A stretch of 63,837 bases of DNA, the filler included, from Octopus bimaculoides (lineage: Eukaryota): the NCBI RefSeq assembly GCF_001194135.2. It is 5 parts of 4 records of this genome, joined end to end, with 100 filler letters (N's around TTAATTAATTAA, not from the genome) between each part and the next. Parts side by side here need not be neighbours in the genome. Positions count along the whole stretch, not along the records: positions 25,695 to 49,771 come from NW_026439247.1; positions 49,872 to 57,854 come from NC_068987.1; 3 more parts are not named here. The stretch is one strand, 5' to 3'. The notes under the pieces are model-generated. The model saw only the letters and a list, made by a program, of their open reading frames with translations. It was not told where the DNA came from and searched no databases. Positions within the stretch are counted from its first letter, which is position 1. Each line of letters opens with the position of its first letter. Positions 38,445-51,198 of this stretch are shown one piece after another. Made by a program: the position numbers and the translations under genes.

Positions 38445-41400
38445 TCATTCATTCATTCATGGTGGCTGTCTACTCCTTATGCAGAGTTTGACCACCTCCT
38501 GTACCTATACCTTAGATCCATCATGGCATCTGATTGGCTTTTTAAACCAGATAATGTTCTCCTGTATAAATTGGGGTCAAAGGATCTGTGTAGTAATTTT
38601 CCATATAGATTGCACATCCGATTTGGACCACCAATACCTGCAGATAAGTTCTGATCTTTGTGGATCTTAAAATGTCTTTTGAGATGGCTCTTTACAAATC
38701 ATTTGTCTTACCATCCCTGTTGTATTCTTATGAAATGTGGACTTGCGAACCTTTTGGCATACGTAGCATTCAAAGGTGTGCACACACATATAGGTAGAAT
38801 AGTTGGTGGAGGTTCGTTTTCCATGGGTTCGCAAATGAGATCTGAGCCCAGAAAAAGAAAGGCATCGTCTGTCACAAACTGTTCACACAAAAAGGTCATT
38901 GTGATTCACCTTCTCGATTGTAACATTTTTCCTTAAATCTCCTTTGAGTCTTGCATGTGTTATCCTGGCCTCTTCAAATGCTTTCACTCCACTCCACACT
39001 TTTGTTTGCCATCTAGCTCGATTCGAAGCAAGGGTTTCTATGTCTTCTGAATTCATTCTAAGTGGCTTTATAGTAGTCCTTACGCTGTCCTTAAATCTTT
39101 TTTTAGGTTTATGCCGATAGCGTTTCCCCTCTGCAAGCTCACCATTAAACAGCTGTTTGAGCATACGTTCATCCACCATCTGCAGATGCAGATTTAATGT
39201 TTAAAATACAATGAAGGCATTTTTGGTTGAATTGTTCTAACAATTTAAAATGCCTTTCATAACAAGTCCACATTTCACAAGAATACAACAGGGATGGTAA
39301 GACAAATGATTTGTCAAGAGCCATCTTTGTATCATTTATATGTCACTGGCACAAAACGTGTGACTCCAAGCCACCAAATGCTTTTGCTGCCCTTTGAATT
39401 CGCAGCTGTATTTCTGTATCAAGGTTTCCATCCTTTTGTACAGAGCTTCCAAGGTAGATGAAAGAATCGACAACCTCAAGTAACTTTCCCTTAACAAAAA
39501 TTTTAGCAGGGTTACAAACTGCACCACACGCAGGTTGATGCATTACAACTGTTTTTTTCAAGTTGATGGTCAAGCCAAAATCATCACAAGCCGAGTCAAA
39601 TGCAGATACAAGAGATTGCAGACCTGTTTCAGAATGACTGACAAGATCACAATCGTCAGCGTATAAAAGTTCCTTAATGAGTGAAGTAAAACCTTTGTTT
39701 TGAATTTCAGTCTGGTCAGATTAAAAACATTCTCTGTTGTTCGATATTTTATGTAAATACCCTCCTCAGAGTTTTGGAAAGCATGTGACAATGCAACAGC
39801 AAAATATATTGCAAAGAGGGTGGATGCATGACGGTCTCCTTGCTTTACTCCATTTTCCACAGCAAAAGATTCAGAGAGCCTCCTATCAAAGTTAACTCTA
39901 GCTTTCATATCTTGATGCAAAACCCTGATCATGTTTACAAATTTTTTTGGGGGCGGCAACCTATTTTCCTTAGAATTAGCCACAGAGCATTTCGATTAAC
40001 AGTATCAAATGCTTTGCTCAAATCAACAAAGCAATGGTATAGAGCAAGATTCTGTTCAATGCACTTCTCTTGCAATTGTCTGATAGTAAAGTTACAATCA
40101 GCTGTGCCTCTGGAGGAACAAAAACCACACTGAGACTCAGACACTATATTTGGAACTATGAAGGTATTTAAACGTTCTAATAAAATGTGGGCAAGTACCT
40201 TTCCAATCACAGACAAAAGCGAAATCCAACGAAAATTACTACACAGATCCTTTGGCCCCAATTTATACAAGAGACTAAAATGGCATCGGTCCAGTCTCGA
40301 GGCACTTTCTTGAGGTCTCCAACAGTGACAAATTAATATATTTAAGAATTCAAACATATTGTCACCCCCATATTTCAAGACTTCTGCACAGATTCCATCA
40401 GAACCCGGAGACTTATTGTTATTCAGCTTATTCATAGCTAAATAAATGTCATTTAGAGTTGGTTCATATCCAATCTCTTCTATAATTGGAAGATGTTCGA
40501 TTTTTTTCATCTTCCTCATGTCGGCGGATGATGGTCTATTCAAAAGTGCAGAAAAGTGGTTTACCTACGTCAGTCAGAAGCAAACATCCATTTGCTGTTC
40601 TCACTGGCGCTATTGAAGGTGATTTTGGGCCATATACCCCCTTAATATGAGAGTACAAACCTTTGGCATCATTTCTATCAGCTGCTTCTTGTGCCCCTTT
40701 TGCTCTATCATTCTACCATTCCTGTTTAATTTTCCTTAGAGCTTCATTTGAATTGGGGTTCAAGAACTGAGAAAGAAGTGTATTGCCTAAGTTTTGATTT
40801 TTTAAAAGTAGTTCATGAATTTCTGCTGATCTATCTGAGAACCAGTCACCTGACTTATGTGATTCAAATCCCATTGGATGAAATTGGAGCCTGAAATACT
40901 TTTGTTTTGAAATCTTCCCATAGATTGTTTGGGTCAAGATTGATACTTTCTATAGCATCGTGGAATCTTTGCAAGTTGCTTGATAATTTGAAGTCTGTAA
41001 CTTTTAACTTTTTGGGTACCTTAAGACCAGACAGTCGATTTCTAGGCATTATCGAAAAGTTTATTTTTCCACGCACTAGATGATAGTCAGTCCAGCTCTC
41101 TGCTCCTCTCATGGCTCAAACGCTAGAAACGTCTTTCATATCACGTTTTCTGATCAAAATATAATCTACGAGATGCCAGTGCTTAGATCTTATGTGCATC
41201 CAGGTAGTTTTATATTTATTTTTCTGCTTAAACAGAATGTTGGTGACAACCAGATTATTCTCAGTACAAAACGTCAAAGAGCTACTCCATTTTTATTACA
41301 TTTTCCAATCCCATGTCGACCTAAGACAGGCCATGAAACGTAGTCCTCTCCAATATGACCAGTTTGTCAGAAATTGGTACTTTCCTCAATAATTGTGCTA

Positions 41401-42260
41401 GATCATCATAAAACTGTCCTACAGTTTCATCAGAATGGGACATTCTGACAATGGTAAGAAACCTACCTTTGTCAGTGTAATATGGCATGACATGGTTCAT
41501 TCAGATATACCACTTGGAAGTTCTGCAATGGAGGATTCTAATGAATTCTTGAGAGCAAACCCAACACCAGATTCTCTATGCTGACCCTTAGGCAGGCCTC
41601 TCCAAAAGATAGTATATCCATAAGCAGATTCCATTACTTGACCCTCACCAGAGAGACGAGTTTCAGAGAGCGCAACTATATCAAGGAAATATTTCTTAAG
41701 CTCACATGCAATAAGTGCAGTACGCCTTTCTGGCCTCTTGTTGAAATTATCATCGAGAAGTGTGCGCACATTCCAACAGCCAAAATTCAAAGGATGTTTA
41801 TATTTACTTTTTCTTTAAGAATGTTTGACTATAGTGGCAGGATGATGACTGGGCCCAGCCTGTGATACACTGGAACACCTGCCGAACCAGACCTGTTCCC
41901 CTGATGTTCCCAAGCCTTTTCTGCCATTTACTGAATCTGTTTGAGACATTTTAGAGCAAGTTAGAAGTGCATTTTTAGGTTTCTGCCAACCAACCAATTG
42001 AATGATTTTACTAAGATCTGGTGTACAGGAAGTAACTGTGCAAATGAATAATTTTCAATGGGTGTAGCTTGCACTGCACTACCCACACCCACCTATTGGC
42101 CCAAGAAGATTTTTGCCGGTGTGACAAAACCAGAAACCTCCAAGGCATCAGGTTTTATTTCAGAGATTTCCTGCTCCTAGGTAGACTACCAACCAAGGTC
42201 AAAGAGATTCTACCTGCCCATGAAGTAAGCTATCCCATTCCAGACATCAAACCTTTACTC
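38445..42260 (-). mobile_element. near full-length RTE (BovB-like) LINE, inactivated
   Basis: Endonuclease FGCWNVRTLLD..DIVALSETR; RT FVDLSKAFDTVNR, GVKQG, LYADD (about 39655); C-terminal CDRRCLSFSGLRSHLRTH; (TGAA)n tail; frameshifts and one deletion. Confidence 0.92.
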
Positions 42261-42469
42261 AAACACTCTATAAAGTGATTAAATATCACACTGGTGATCG
42301 ATGCAGAATGGCTCATTCATACATAAAAAAAGGAAGAAAAGTATGATATGTGATTTGCAAATATAAATAAGAAATATAAATAATGTATATAAATATAAAA
42401 AGTAAAAGATATACAATTTAAAAAGATAAATAAAGATTTAAATATAATAATATATATATAAAAGTAAAA

Positions 42470-42508
<39 letters not shown>

Positions 42509-42819
42509 AATAAGAAAGATATACAGATATTTTGTTGGATGACCGTTGACTGCTCAGGAGTTTCTCTACCCTTTGACGGGTCTTATTTTTTCATCCCTAA
42601 TCACACCCTCCTCACCAAGCAAGCCTGGTCAGGTTGCCAGTTTAGTTGCCGATGACCCGACCATGCAACCGGTTGTACTGAATTACATGTTACCAGTAGC
42701 ACTCAGGAGCGACCTGACATACATGGATATACATACACACATACATAGTTATATGCATATATGTATGAATATACATTTAGAAATGAACATACTCACACAC
42801 ATATACACTGGCATCAACC

Positions 42820-43375
42820 ATTTTTCGAATGGTGCTTTTTACGTGTCAAAGCGTGGGTGCCAGTCAGGCAGGACTGGCATCAGTCATGCTCAAATGATGT
42901 TTTTTACGTGTCACTGGCATGGATTCCAGTCAGGTAGCACCGATATCTACCATGCTCGAATAATGGCTTTTATGTGCCACTGGCAGGGCGCCATGACTAC
43001 TATTTCACTTGGTTCAACAGGTCTTCACAAGCACGGTATATTTCCTGATGACTGAAGGGTACTTTTAAATTGGCCAGTTAAGTGACACTGACATTGGCCA
43101 CAGCTATGATCTCACTTGGCTTGCTGGGTCTTCTCAAGCACAGCATATCTCCAAAAGTCTTGGTCATTTGTCATTGCCTCTGCGAGGCCCAACATGTTTC
43201 ACCACCTCATCCCATGTCTTAGTGGGTCTACGTCCTCCACAGGTTCCCTCCACTGTTAGGGTGTGACACTTCTTCATACAGCTGTCCTCATCCATACACA
43301 ACACATGACCATACCAGTGCAGTAGTCTCTCGCCCACCACATCTGATGCTTCTTCTGTCCAACTTTTCTCTCAGG
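42820..43375 (-). mobile_element. second RTE family: ORF C-terminus plus repeated 3'-UTR
   Basis: Minus peptide resembling RRLHWYGHVLCMDEDSCMKK..GRRPTKTWDEVV, followed by three approximately 55-bp UTR subrepeats. Confidence 0.7.
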
Positions 43376-43467
43376 GTGTTTACACTCTGTCATGTATACT
43401 ATTTTATTCTTTTACTCATTTCAGTCATGCAGCCATGGCTATGCGGGAGTACCATCATGGTAACAAG

Positions 43468-43525
43468 TTCCCATGCTGGGAATCGAACCCGGGCTACTTG
43501 GGTGAAAGCCAGGAATCCTAACACT
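43468..43525 (-). pseudogene. 5'-truncated tRNA-Glu(TTC) fragment
   Basis: GTTAGGATTCCTGGCTTTCACCCAAGTAGCCCGGGTTCGATTCCCAGCATGGGAA; the 5' acceptor strand is absent. Confidence 0.7.
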
Positions 43526-43559
43526 GACATTACACATCCATTTATATATAATTACTTGT

Positions 43560-44035
43560 CAAACCAAGTGCACCCGTGCTACTGGCATGTAAAGCACACC
43601 TTTTGAGCATTGGTCTTCATGGAGGCAAAAGTGGCTGAGTTCCTTTCAAGCATTGAGCCTCATGGAGGCAAAGTTCCTCTCAAATGTTGGGCCTCATGGA
43701 GGTAATGACTAAGAACTTTGGCATTATGTTGTGCTTGAGAAGACCCATCAAACCGAGCAAAATCACAGTTATAGCAGATACTGGTGTCATACAAATTGGC
43801 ACCCATGCCAGTTGCATGTAAAAGCACCCCGGTGTCATGCAAATGGCACCCATGTTGGTGACATGTAAAAGCACCCATTACACTCTCTGAGTGATTGGTG
43901 TTAGGAAGGGCGTCTAGCCATAGAAAACTACGCCAATTAAGGGAGTCTAGTGCAGCCTTCCAGTGTACCAGCTCAGTCAAACCGTCCAACCCATGCCAGC
44001 ATGGACAGCGGACATTGAATGATGATGATGTTGAT
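43560..44035 (+). mobile_element. RTE 3'-UTR copy with (GAT)n tail
   Basis: AAAAGCACCC..CACTCTCTGAGTGATTGG..GCCAGCATGGA..(GAT)n. Confidence 0.7.
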
Positions 44036-45610
44036 GATATATACATAAACAAATATATATATGTAAACATGTACTTTCATTCTCCCCCATACCCATATAT
44101 ACATATATACATTTATATATGCATATACATAAAGATATCTATCTATCGCTTTGGAGAAAATGTTTGCATTACAACCACTCTTTCTCTGCAAGTGTTCTTG
44201 TCTTACATGACATTTTTCAGGTCTTCTATGACATGAAGAGAGAGTTGATCCTTGTACGTCATTCTAGAGCATCTGACTTAAGAATACCCATATCTCGGAA
44301 CTCACAGAAGCAGCTCACTCACTAATTCGTCCTTGCTTTGATAGTAGGGACCAGCATGTCTTGTCCCCCACTCTCAGGTGTTTGATGCGATGTCAGTGAT
44401 ATTTCCACAGAGCACTTCCTTTGTTTAATGCTGTTTCCATGATTAATTGAGGAAAGCACACAGCATTTTTCTATAGATCACATCAAACTTATTCTCCATC
44501 TTTATTGTCAGAATGCAAGCTGGTGAACCATAAAGAAGAAATGATTTTCTATGATTCAAAATTCCTTTTTCATTCAGTCAGGCTTCCAAATTATTCTTAA
44601 TTTGTCCAGTGCACTCCACATTTTTACTACACGGATTGATACCTCTTTTTTGGTGTATGTTTATTGACCTTCATAGTTACATTAGTTTTACTCTTCAGAG
44701 AGCTAGCATCAGATTTCCAACCAGGAAGATCACTGGTGCTGCTATGCAGACGATCTTGCACTACTTCATGGCAAGATAACAGATGCTTGAAAACTACTGC
44801 ATGCATTAGAAAAGTCAACTTGCAGGATCGGTTTTTATGTGAATGCTAGGAAGACTGAATAATTATGCTTTAATGGTCAGATTACCTCATTGAGTGGTAT
44901 ACTTTTGAATAAAGTCGAATGTTTCACCTTGCTCAGAAGTGATATCATATACATTCATATACATATNNNNNNNNNNNNNNNNNNNNNNNNNNNNNNNNNN
45001 NNNNNNNNNNNNNNNNNNNNNNNNNNNNNNNNNNNNNNNNNNNNNNNNNNNNNNNNNNNNNNNNNNNNNNNNNNNNATTTATTTATATATTTACACACAT
45101 ACACACACACGTGTGTGTTTGTTGGTTTTGCTATGTCAATATTCATGTACAGCAAAATGTGTTGAGAGAAAACTTTGGTGTAAGAAGAATCAAATGTAAT
45201 GTGCAAGAGAGAAAACAGCACTGATTTGTTTGTGTGAAACATATGGCTGAGGACAGCTGTATAAAGAAGTGCTGATTGCTTAAAGTGGATAAAGCCTATG
45301 AATGAGTAAGAAAGATGCAGGAAAATGTTGGAAAATAACTATGTAATTATTATTGCTATTGTTGTCATTGTTTCATTTCAAGGCTATATCTTTTTCTTCA
45401 CAAAATAAATGTGGGCCACTGTGACGTGAGCCAATGTTGGATGAAGTTGTGAAGGCTGGATCTTGAGATGCTGAGCATCATGGACGATGTATTAAGTTGT
45501 ACCTTCTAAAGTAATGATGTTTAAGTACAATAACAGTGGTGTTTGGTTGCTTCATACTTAAATGATGTTTTTAAGTTTTCTTATTAAATAAATTAATTTA
45601 CTCTTTACAG

Positions 45611-45742
45611 GTAATACGTAGTTCTAGTACCAAAGAAATTGCTAAAATTAACAGTTATATTATTGCTGCAAATATTCCTAACATTGAGAGCATAACCAAC
45701 CTTGATGAACCAGTTGCCATGTCATTTAATTTAATAATTCAG
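45611..45742 (+). CDS. adhesion GPCR exon (GAIN B, just before the GPS)
   Basis: Acceptor CTCTTTACAG, donor GTAATA, phase 0/0. Encodes VIRSSSTKEIAKINSYIIAANIPNIESITNLDEPVAMSFNLIIQ (NSxVIxA...NLxEPVxIxF GAIN motif). Confidence 0.87.
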
Positions 45743-46189
45743 GTAATAACTATATAATTATTATTGCTATTGTTGTCATTGTTTCATTTCAAGGCTATAT
45801 CTTTGTCTTCACAAAATAAATGTGGGCCACTGTGAAGATGGTGGCGGTGGTGGTGGAAGTAGTAGTAGTTGTTGCTGTTGTTGTTTTTGCTGCTGCTTCA
45901 TCATCATAAATGTATGAACATTTGCAATGGCGGATGTTGAGTTTTGTATTCAGAGTCAACCTTGCTCAATTTTGTGGTTCATAGATAGTCTCTGTCAAAC
46001 AAACAAGGTACATTCCACAAATCTAGTGTTCTAGAAACATTGCCTTCCCTTAGTGGAATGACATACTACACATTCTGTCAGAAAAAAATAAATCCGAAAG
46101 AGAAGCAGTAGAGTTATAGAGTAATAGAATAATTAGATAACAGGTTCCATGTCCATAAAGCACTATATATGGGTAGAGGCAAATCACAT

Positions 46190-46395
46190 CCATACTACCC
46201 ACTACACAACCAGTAATTATAGACTGTCCTACTTTCTCTCACAGGTATTACGACCTCTCATAGAAATGTCCCCAGATGTCTGTGTTAGCATGGAAGATCT
46301 CCTCAGTAAAATCAGTACTTGCAACCGCTCTAATGACCTTACAGGTTGTGTAGTGGGTAGTATGGATGTGATTTCACTCTATCCATCTATAGATA
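46190..46395 (+). mobile_element. Penelope-like element RT fragment
   Basis: SNYRLSYFLSQVLRPL...VVGSMDVISLYPSID (SxDVxSLYPSI RT motif typical of PLEs); ends in a microsatellite and gap. Confidence 0.7.
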
Positions 46396-47343
46396 TATAT
46401 ATGTATATATGCATATATACATATATATATTATTTTGTTTAAAAGAGTTCCAACTCTGTCTGTTTTTTATGTTTTATTTATATGCTTGTAAAATTAATGT
46501 GGGATATAGAATATGGAATATATATNNNNNNNNNNNNNNNNNNNNNNNNNNNNNNNNNNNNNNNNNNNNNNNNNNNNNNNNNNNNNNNNNNNNNNNNNNN
46601 NNNNNNNNNNNNNNNNNNNNNNNNNNNNNNNNNNNNNNNNNNNNNNNNNNNNNNNNNNNNNNNNNNNNNNNNNNNNNNNNNNNNNNNNNNNNNNNNNNNN
46701 NNNNNNNNNNNNNNNNNNNNNNNNNNNNNNNNNNNNNNNNNNNNNNNNNNNNNNNNNNNNNNNNNNNNNNNNNNNNNNNNNNNNNNNNNNNNNNNNNNNN
46801 NNNNNNNNNNNNNNNNNNNNNNNNNNNNNNNNNNNNNNNNNNNNNNNNNNNNNNNNNNNNNNNNNNNNNNNNNNNNNNNNNNNNNNNNNNNNNNNNNNNN
46901 NNNNNNNNNNNNNNNNNNNNNNNNNNNNNNNNNNNNNNNNNNNNNNNNNNNNNNNNNNNNNNNNNNNNNNNNNNNNNNNNNNNNNNNNNNNNNNNNNNNN
47001 NNNNNNNNNNNNNNNNNNNNNNNNNNNNNNNNNNNNNNNNNNNNNNNNNNNNNNNNNNNNNNNNNNNNNNNNNNNNNNNNNNNNNNNNNNNNNNNNNNNN
47101 NNNNNNNNNNNNNNNNNNNNNNNNNNNNNNNNNNNNNNNNNNNNNNNNNNNNNNNNNNNNNNNNNNNNNNNNNNNNNNNNNNNNNNNNNNNNNNNNNNNN
47201 NNNNNNNNNNNNNNNNNNNNNNNNNNNNNNNNNNNNNNNNNNNNNNNNNNNNNNNNNNNNNNNNNNNNNNNNNNNNNNNNNNNNNNNNNNNNNNNNNNNN
47301 NNNNNNNNNNNNNNNNNNNNNNNNNNNNNNNNNNNNNNNNNNN

Positions 47344-47876
47344 TATATCAGAGGCAATGACAAAAGACTGAGACCTCTGGAGATATGCTGTGACTGAGAA
47401 GACCCGGCAAATAAAGTGAGTTCACAGCTGTAACCTATACCAATGTCAGATAAGCAGCCCACTCAAAAGTACCTTGGATCGTAGGGTGACATACTGTGCT
47501 TGAGGAGACCTATTGAGTCAAGTACATCAAAATCAAATGGAAATTGTAGTTGTGATCCCTGTGCTGGTAGCATGTAAAAAAGCACCATCCGAATGTGGCT
47601 GATGCCAGTGCCACCTTTACTGGCTTCCATGCCGGTGGCACATAAGAATAAAAACAACTGATCATGGTCATTGCCAGCCCCCTCTGGCACCTGTGCCAGT
47701 GGCACGTATAAATCACCCACTACACTCTCGGAGTAGTTGGCATTAGGAAAGGTATCCAGCTGTAAAAACACTGCCAGATCAGATTGGAGCCTGGTGCAGC
47801 CTCCTGATGTCCCAGATCCCAGTCAAACCGTCCAACCGATGCCAGCATGGAAAACGGACGTTAAATGATGATGATG
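47344..47876 (+). mobile_element. RTE 3' end and 3'-UTR with (GAT)n tail
   Basis: Homologous to 42820-43375 (opposite strand) and to 49872-50115. Confidence 0.75.
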
Positions 47877-47887
47877 ANNNNNNNNNN

Positions 47888-47929
<42 letters not shown>

Positions 47930-47930
<1 letters not shown>

Positions 47931-48940
47931 GAGAGAAATGTGCCTTGTATTTAATGATTCTGCAAAGAAAAAGGCTTGGAGAAGCCGTTATGAAAGACTG
48001 CTGAATGTGGAGAATGAATAGGAGGAGTAGAGTCTGCCAAAGTTTGACCCAATTGAGGGACCAGCTATCCGAAATGACAGTGCACAGGTAGATAAAGCAA
48101 TTAAGGATATGAAAACAGGGAAAGCATGGCCCATCAGGAATCACTACTGGGATGCTTAAAATATCGAGTGGTGTGGGTTATGATCTTGTCACCCGCATCG
48201 TAAATCAGGTAGTTCACGACGGAGTCATACTCAGTGAATGGTGTAGTAGCACCATCGTCAACTGCTCCAAGGAGAAAGGTGATATTTTAGATAGAAATAA
48301 CTACAGGTGTATCAAATTATTGGATCAGGTGATGAAAGTTACAAAGAGGGTCATAGCCCAACTAATTAGGGAGAGAGTTAACCTAGATGCGATGCAGTTC
48401 GGTTTTGTGCCAAGTAGAAGCACCACTGGTGCTATATTTCTGGTAAAGCAACCACAGGAGAAATACCTAGCCAAAGATAAACCTTTGTACTTGGATTTTG
48501 TTGACTTGGAGAAAGCCTTTGACAGGGTCCCCCGATCCCTTATCTGGTGGTCAATATGGAAACTGGGGATAGACGAGTGGCTGGTAAGAGCTGTACAAGC
48601 CCTGTACAGGGATGCTGTCAATAAGGTGAGGGTTGGCAACGAGTATAGTGAAGAATTCTGAGTAGAAGTAGGGGTTCACTAAGGATCAGTCCTCAGCCCC
48701 CTCTTATTCATTATAGTCCTCCAGGCAATAACAGGAATTCGAGACAGGCTGCTCTTGGGAGCTCCTCCATGTTGATGACCTTGCTCTAATAGCCGAGTCA
48801 CTGCCAGAACTGGAGACGAAGTTTAGGGTGTGGAAGCAAGGTCTAGAATCAAAAGGCCTTAGGGTTTACTTTACCAAAACCAAAGTCTTAGTAAATAGGA
48901 AGGCTGTCAAATCACAACCCCCTGCTCGATCTGTAGAAAA
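47930..48940 (+). mobile_element. RTE LINE reverse-transcriptase fragment
   Basis: QFGFVPSRSTTGAIF..FVDLEKAFDRVPR..GSVLSPLLF..HVDDLALIAES; stops and frameshift. Confidence 0.88.
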
Positions 48941-49422
48941 GGCATGGGTAGAAACTCCATAGTATAGGATATTCCGTCATCATGGAAAAATGGGGAAAAT
49001 GAGAATGGTATATATCAATGAGATGACGACAAAGAAGAAGGAAGTAAAAGAATAAGGAGATCTCATAATTGGGGATATTCTGGAAACAGCTGTAAGACTT
49101 TGAATTTTTTTTTGCCAATAATAATATTCTATATGACTTCAGATGTTTGCCTTGCCTTGATATTTGTTGTCCTCTTTAACAATTATATATCCGCTGCATC
49201 GGAAATCTGCAATGGCTCCATGGCTACTGTCTCAGCTATAATCTTAGAGCCCTAGTAATCTGTTACAGTACTTACCTAGCGAGCCTAATTGGTTAGATCA
49301 CCTGTGAACTAAACCCCCATAGTTTGTATATATATTCATATATATATACACATGTAAATAAAGTATAAGGAAAGGAAAAATTGTACGTGTAGACAATTTT
49401 TAATTCATAATCCAGGTTAGTA

Positions 49423-49480
49423 CATACTACAAATTGTTTCGGAGTCTAATTAATTCCAAAGACAAAACTCATCTTGTAAT
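49423..49480 (-). ncRNA. strongly degenerate hammerhead-like motif
   Basis: ATTAC-AAGATGA-..GTCT..AGACTCC-GAA-ACAATTTGT-A-GTATG; core C3/U4 mutated, partial stems. Confidence 0.3.
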
Positions 49481-49717
49481 AAAAATTAGATTCTTTGTCA
49501 GGAATTACATACTGGTATGAATAATTACACCCAACATAAATATACAAAGACCTTTCATAATCCAGATAGGGTTATATATATATACATATAAATCTATACA
49601 TATATGTATATGCATCTATATATATACATATATATCTGTAAATATACATCTATATATATACATATATGTACATATATATATATATACGCATATATACATG
49701 CATACATATATATATAA

Positions 49718-49771
<54 letters not shown>

Positions 49772-49871
49772 NNNNNNNNNNNNNNNNNNNNNNNNNNNNN
49801 NNNNNNNNNNNNNNNTTAATTAATTAANNNNNNNNNNNNNNNNNNNNNNNNNNNNNNNNNNNNNNNNNNNN

Positions 49872-50115
49872 GGGTGGCACATAAAAGACACCATTTTGAG
49901 CATGGCCGTTGCCAGTACCGCCTGACTGGCCTTCATGCGGGTAACACGTAAAAGCACCCACTACACTCTCTGAGTGGTTGGCGTTAGGAAGGGCATCCAG
50001 CTGTAGAAACTCTGCCAAATTAGATTGGAGCCTGGTGTTGCCATCCGGTTTCACCAGTCCTCAGTCAAATCGTCCAACCCATGCTAGCATGGAAAGCGGA
50101 CGTTAAACGATGATG
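49872..50115 (+). mobile_element. young RTE 3'-UTR copy with (GAT)n tail
   Basis: GCACCCACTACACTCTCTGAGTGGTTGGCGTTAGGAAGGGCATCC..GCGGACGTTAAACGATGATGAT. Confidence 0.8.
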
Positions 50116-51198
50116 ATAGATAGATAGATAGATAGATGAGTGATACAAAAAAATTTGAAAGGTTTAATTATTTTATTCATAGTTCGTTTTAGCCATAACC
50201 TTCTGGTGTAGAGGTTAAAGTCCACAAGTGAAGTTTTGTTCTCAGCAAATGCTTACTCTTATTCTTAACCCTGGAGTGCAGAGCCACATACATAATTATC
50301 AGACTCAGATTTCAAGACAAGCTAAAAGGGAAAAGTCAAACTTAGAATCATTTACAACAGACCGGATGTGATAATAATAGTAAAGATTTTCTTTCTTTTT
50401 TATTGTTTATCCTGAGTAAAAAAGACAGTGCAAGACCTCTGAGAATTACAAAGTCTTGAAGTGGCAATGCTTGAGATACAAACTATAGACAAGAAGGATG
50501 ATCCAGTGTCATAATTCTGGAGAGGAGGTACAAATGTTTAGTACAAAGTTTGTAGAAGATTAAACACTAGAGAGATAAGAAGAGAAATTGAATGGTTGTA
50601 ACATCTGAGTGAGTGGGAACTGTCAATCAGTTTAATAATGATAATGATGGTGGTGTTGAAGATGAATATGTTAGTAGCATGAATAGATTAGATTCACTGA
50701 AGGTTAACATTTTCAAACAACTAAGGTCTATATGGGCAGTACTAATTCTGGTTTCTGCAAATGAGAGATAGTGTGTCAATCAGCAAGGGTAACTTGTCCA
50801 TACTTGGTAACCATTCTTCAACAACAATGTGAAACAAGGAAATGTGGATTTAAGTATTACTACCCAAATAGGAACCTGCTTTGGTTAAAGTTGGTCATAA
50901 ATCTGTGCAGGCTCGGGTTAGGTTTTTTTTAATTATTATAGAAGACTGGCAGTTGCTATGCAATTGTCCTCTCCCTGTACAACCAATTTTATCTAAGGGA
51001 AAATCTACCACTTTACAGCTAATACAGCTTGGCAACAATGCTAGTACAGGCATTGCTTTAGAATGCCAAAAGCTGGCACAGATCCTGAAAATCAACTCAC
51101 CTTAGATTGGTCCATTTACTTTGGTTCCAAAAGGATGGCAGCTAATGTTAACCGTAACAGGATTTGAACATAGAGTGAAGAGAGTAAGAACAAATACT

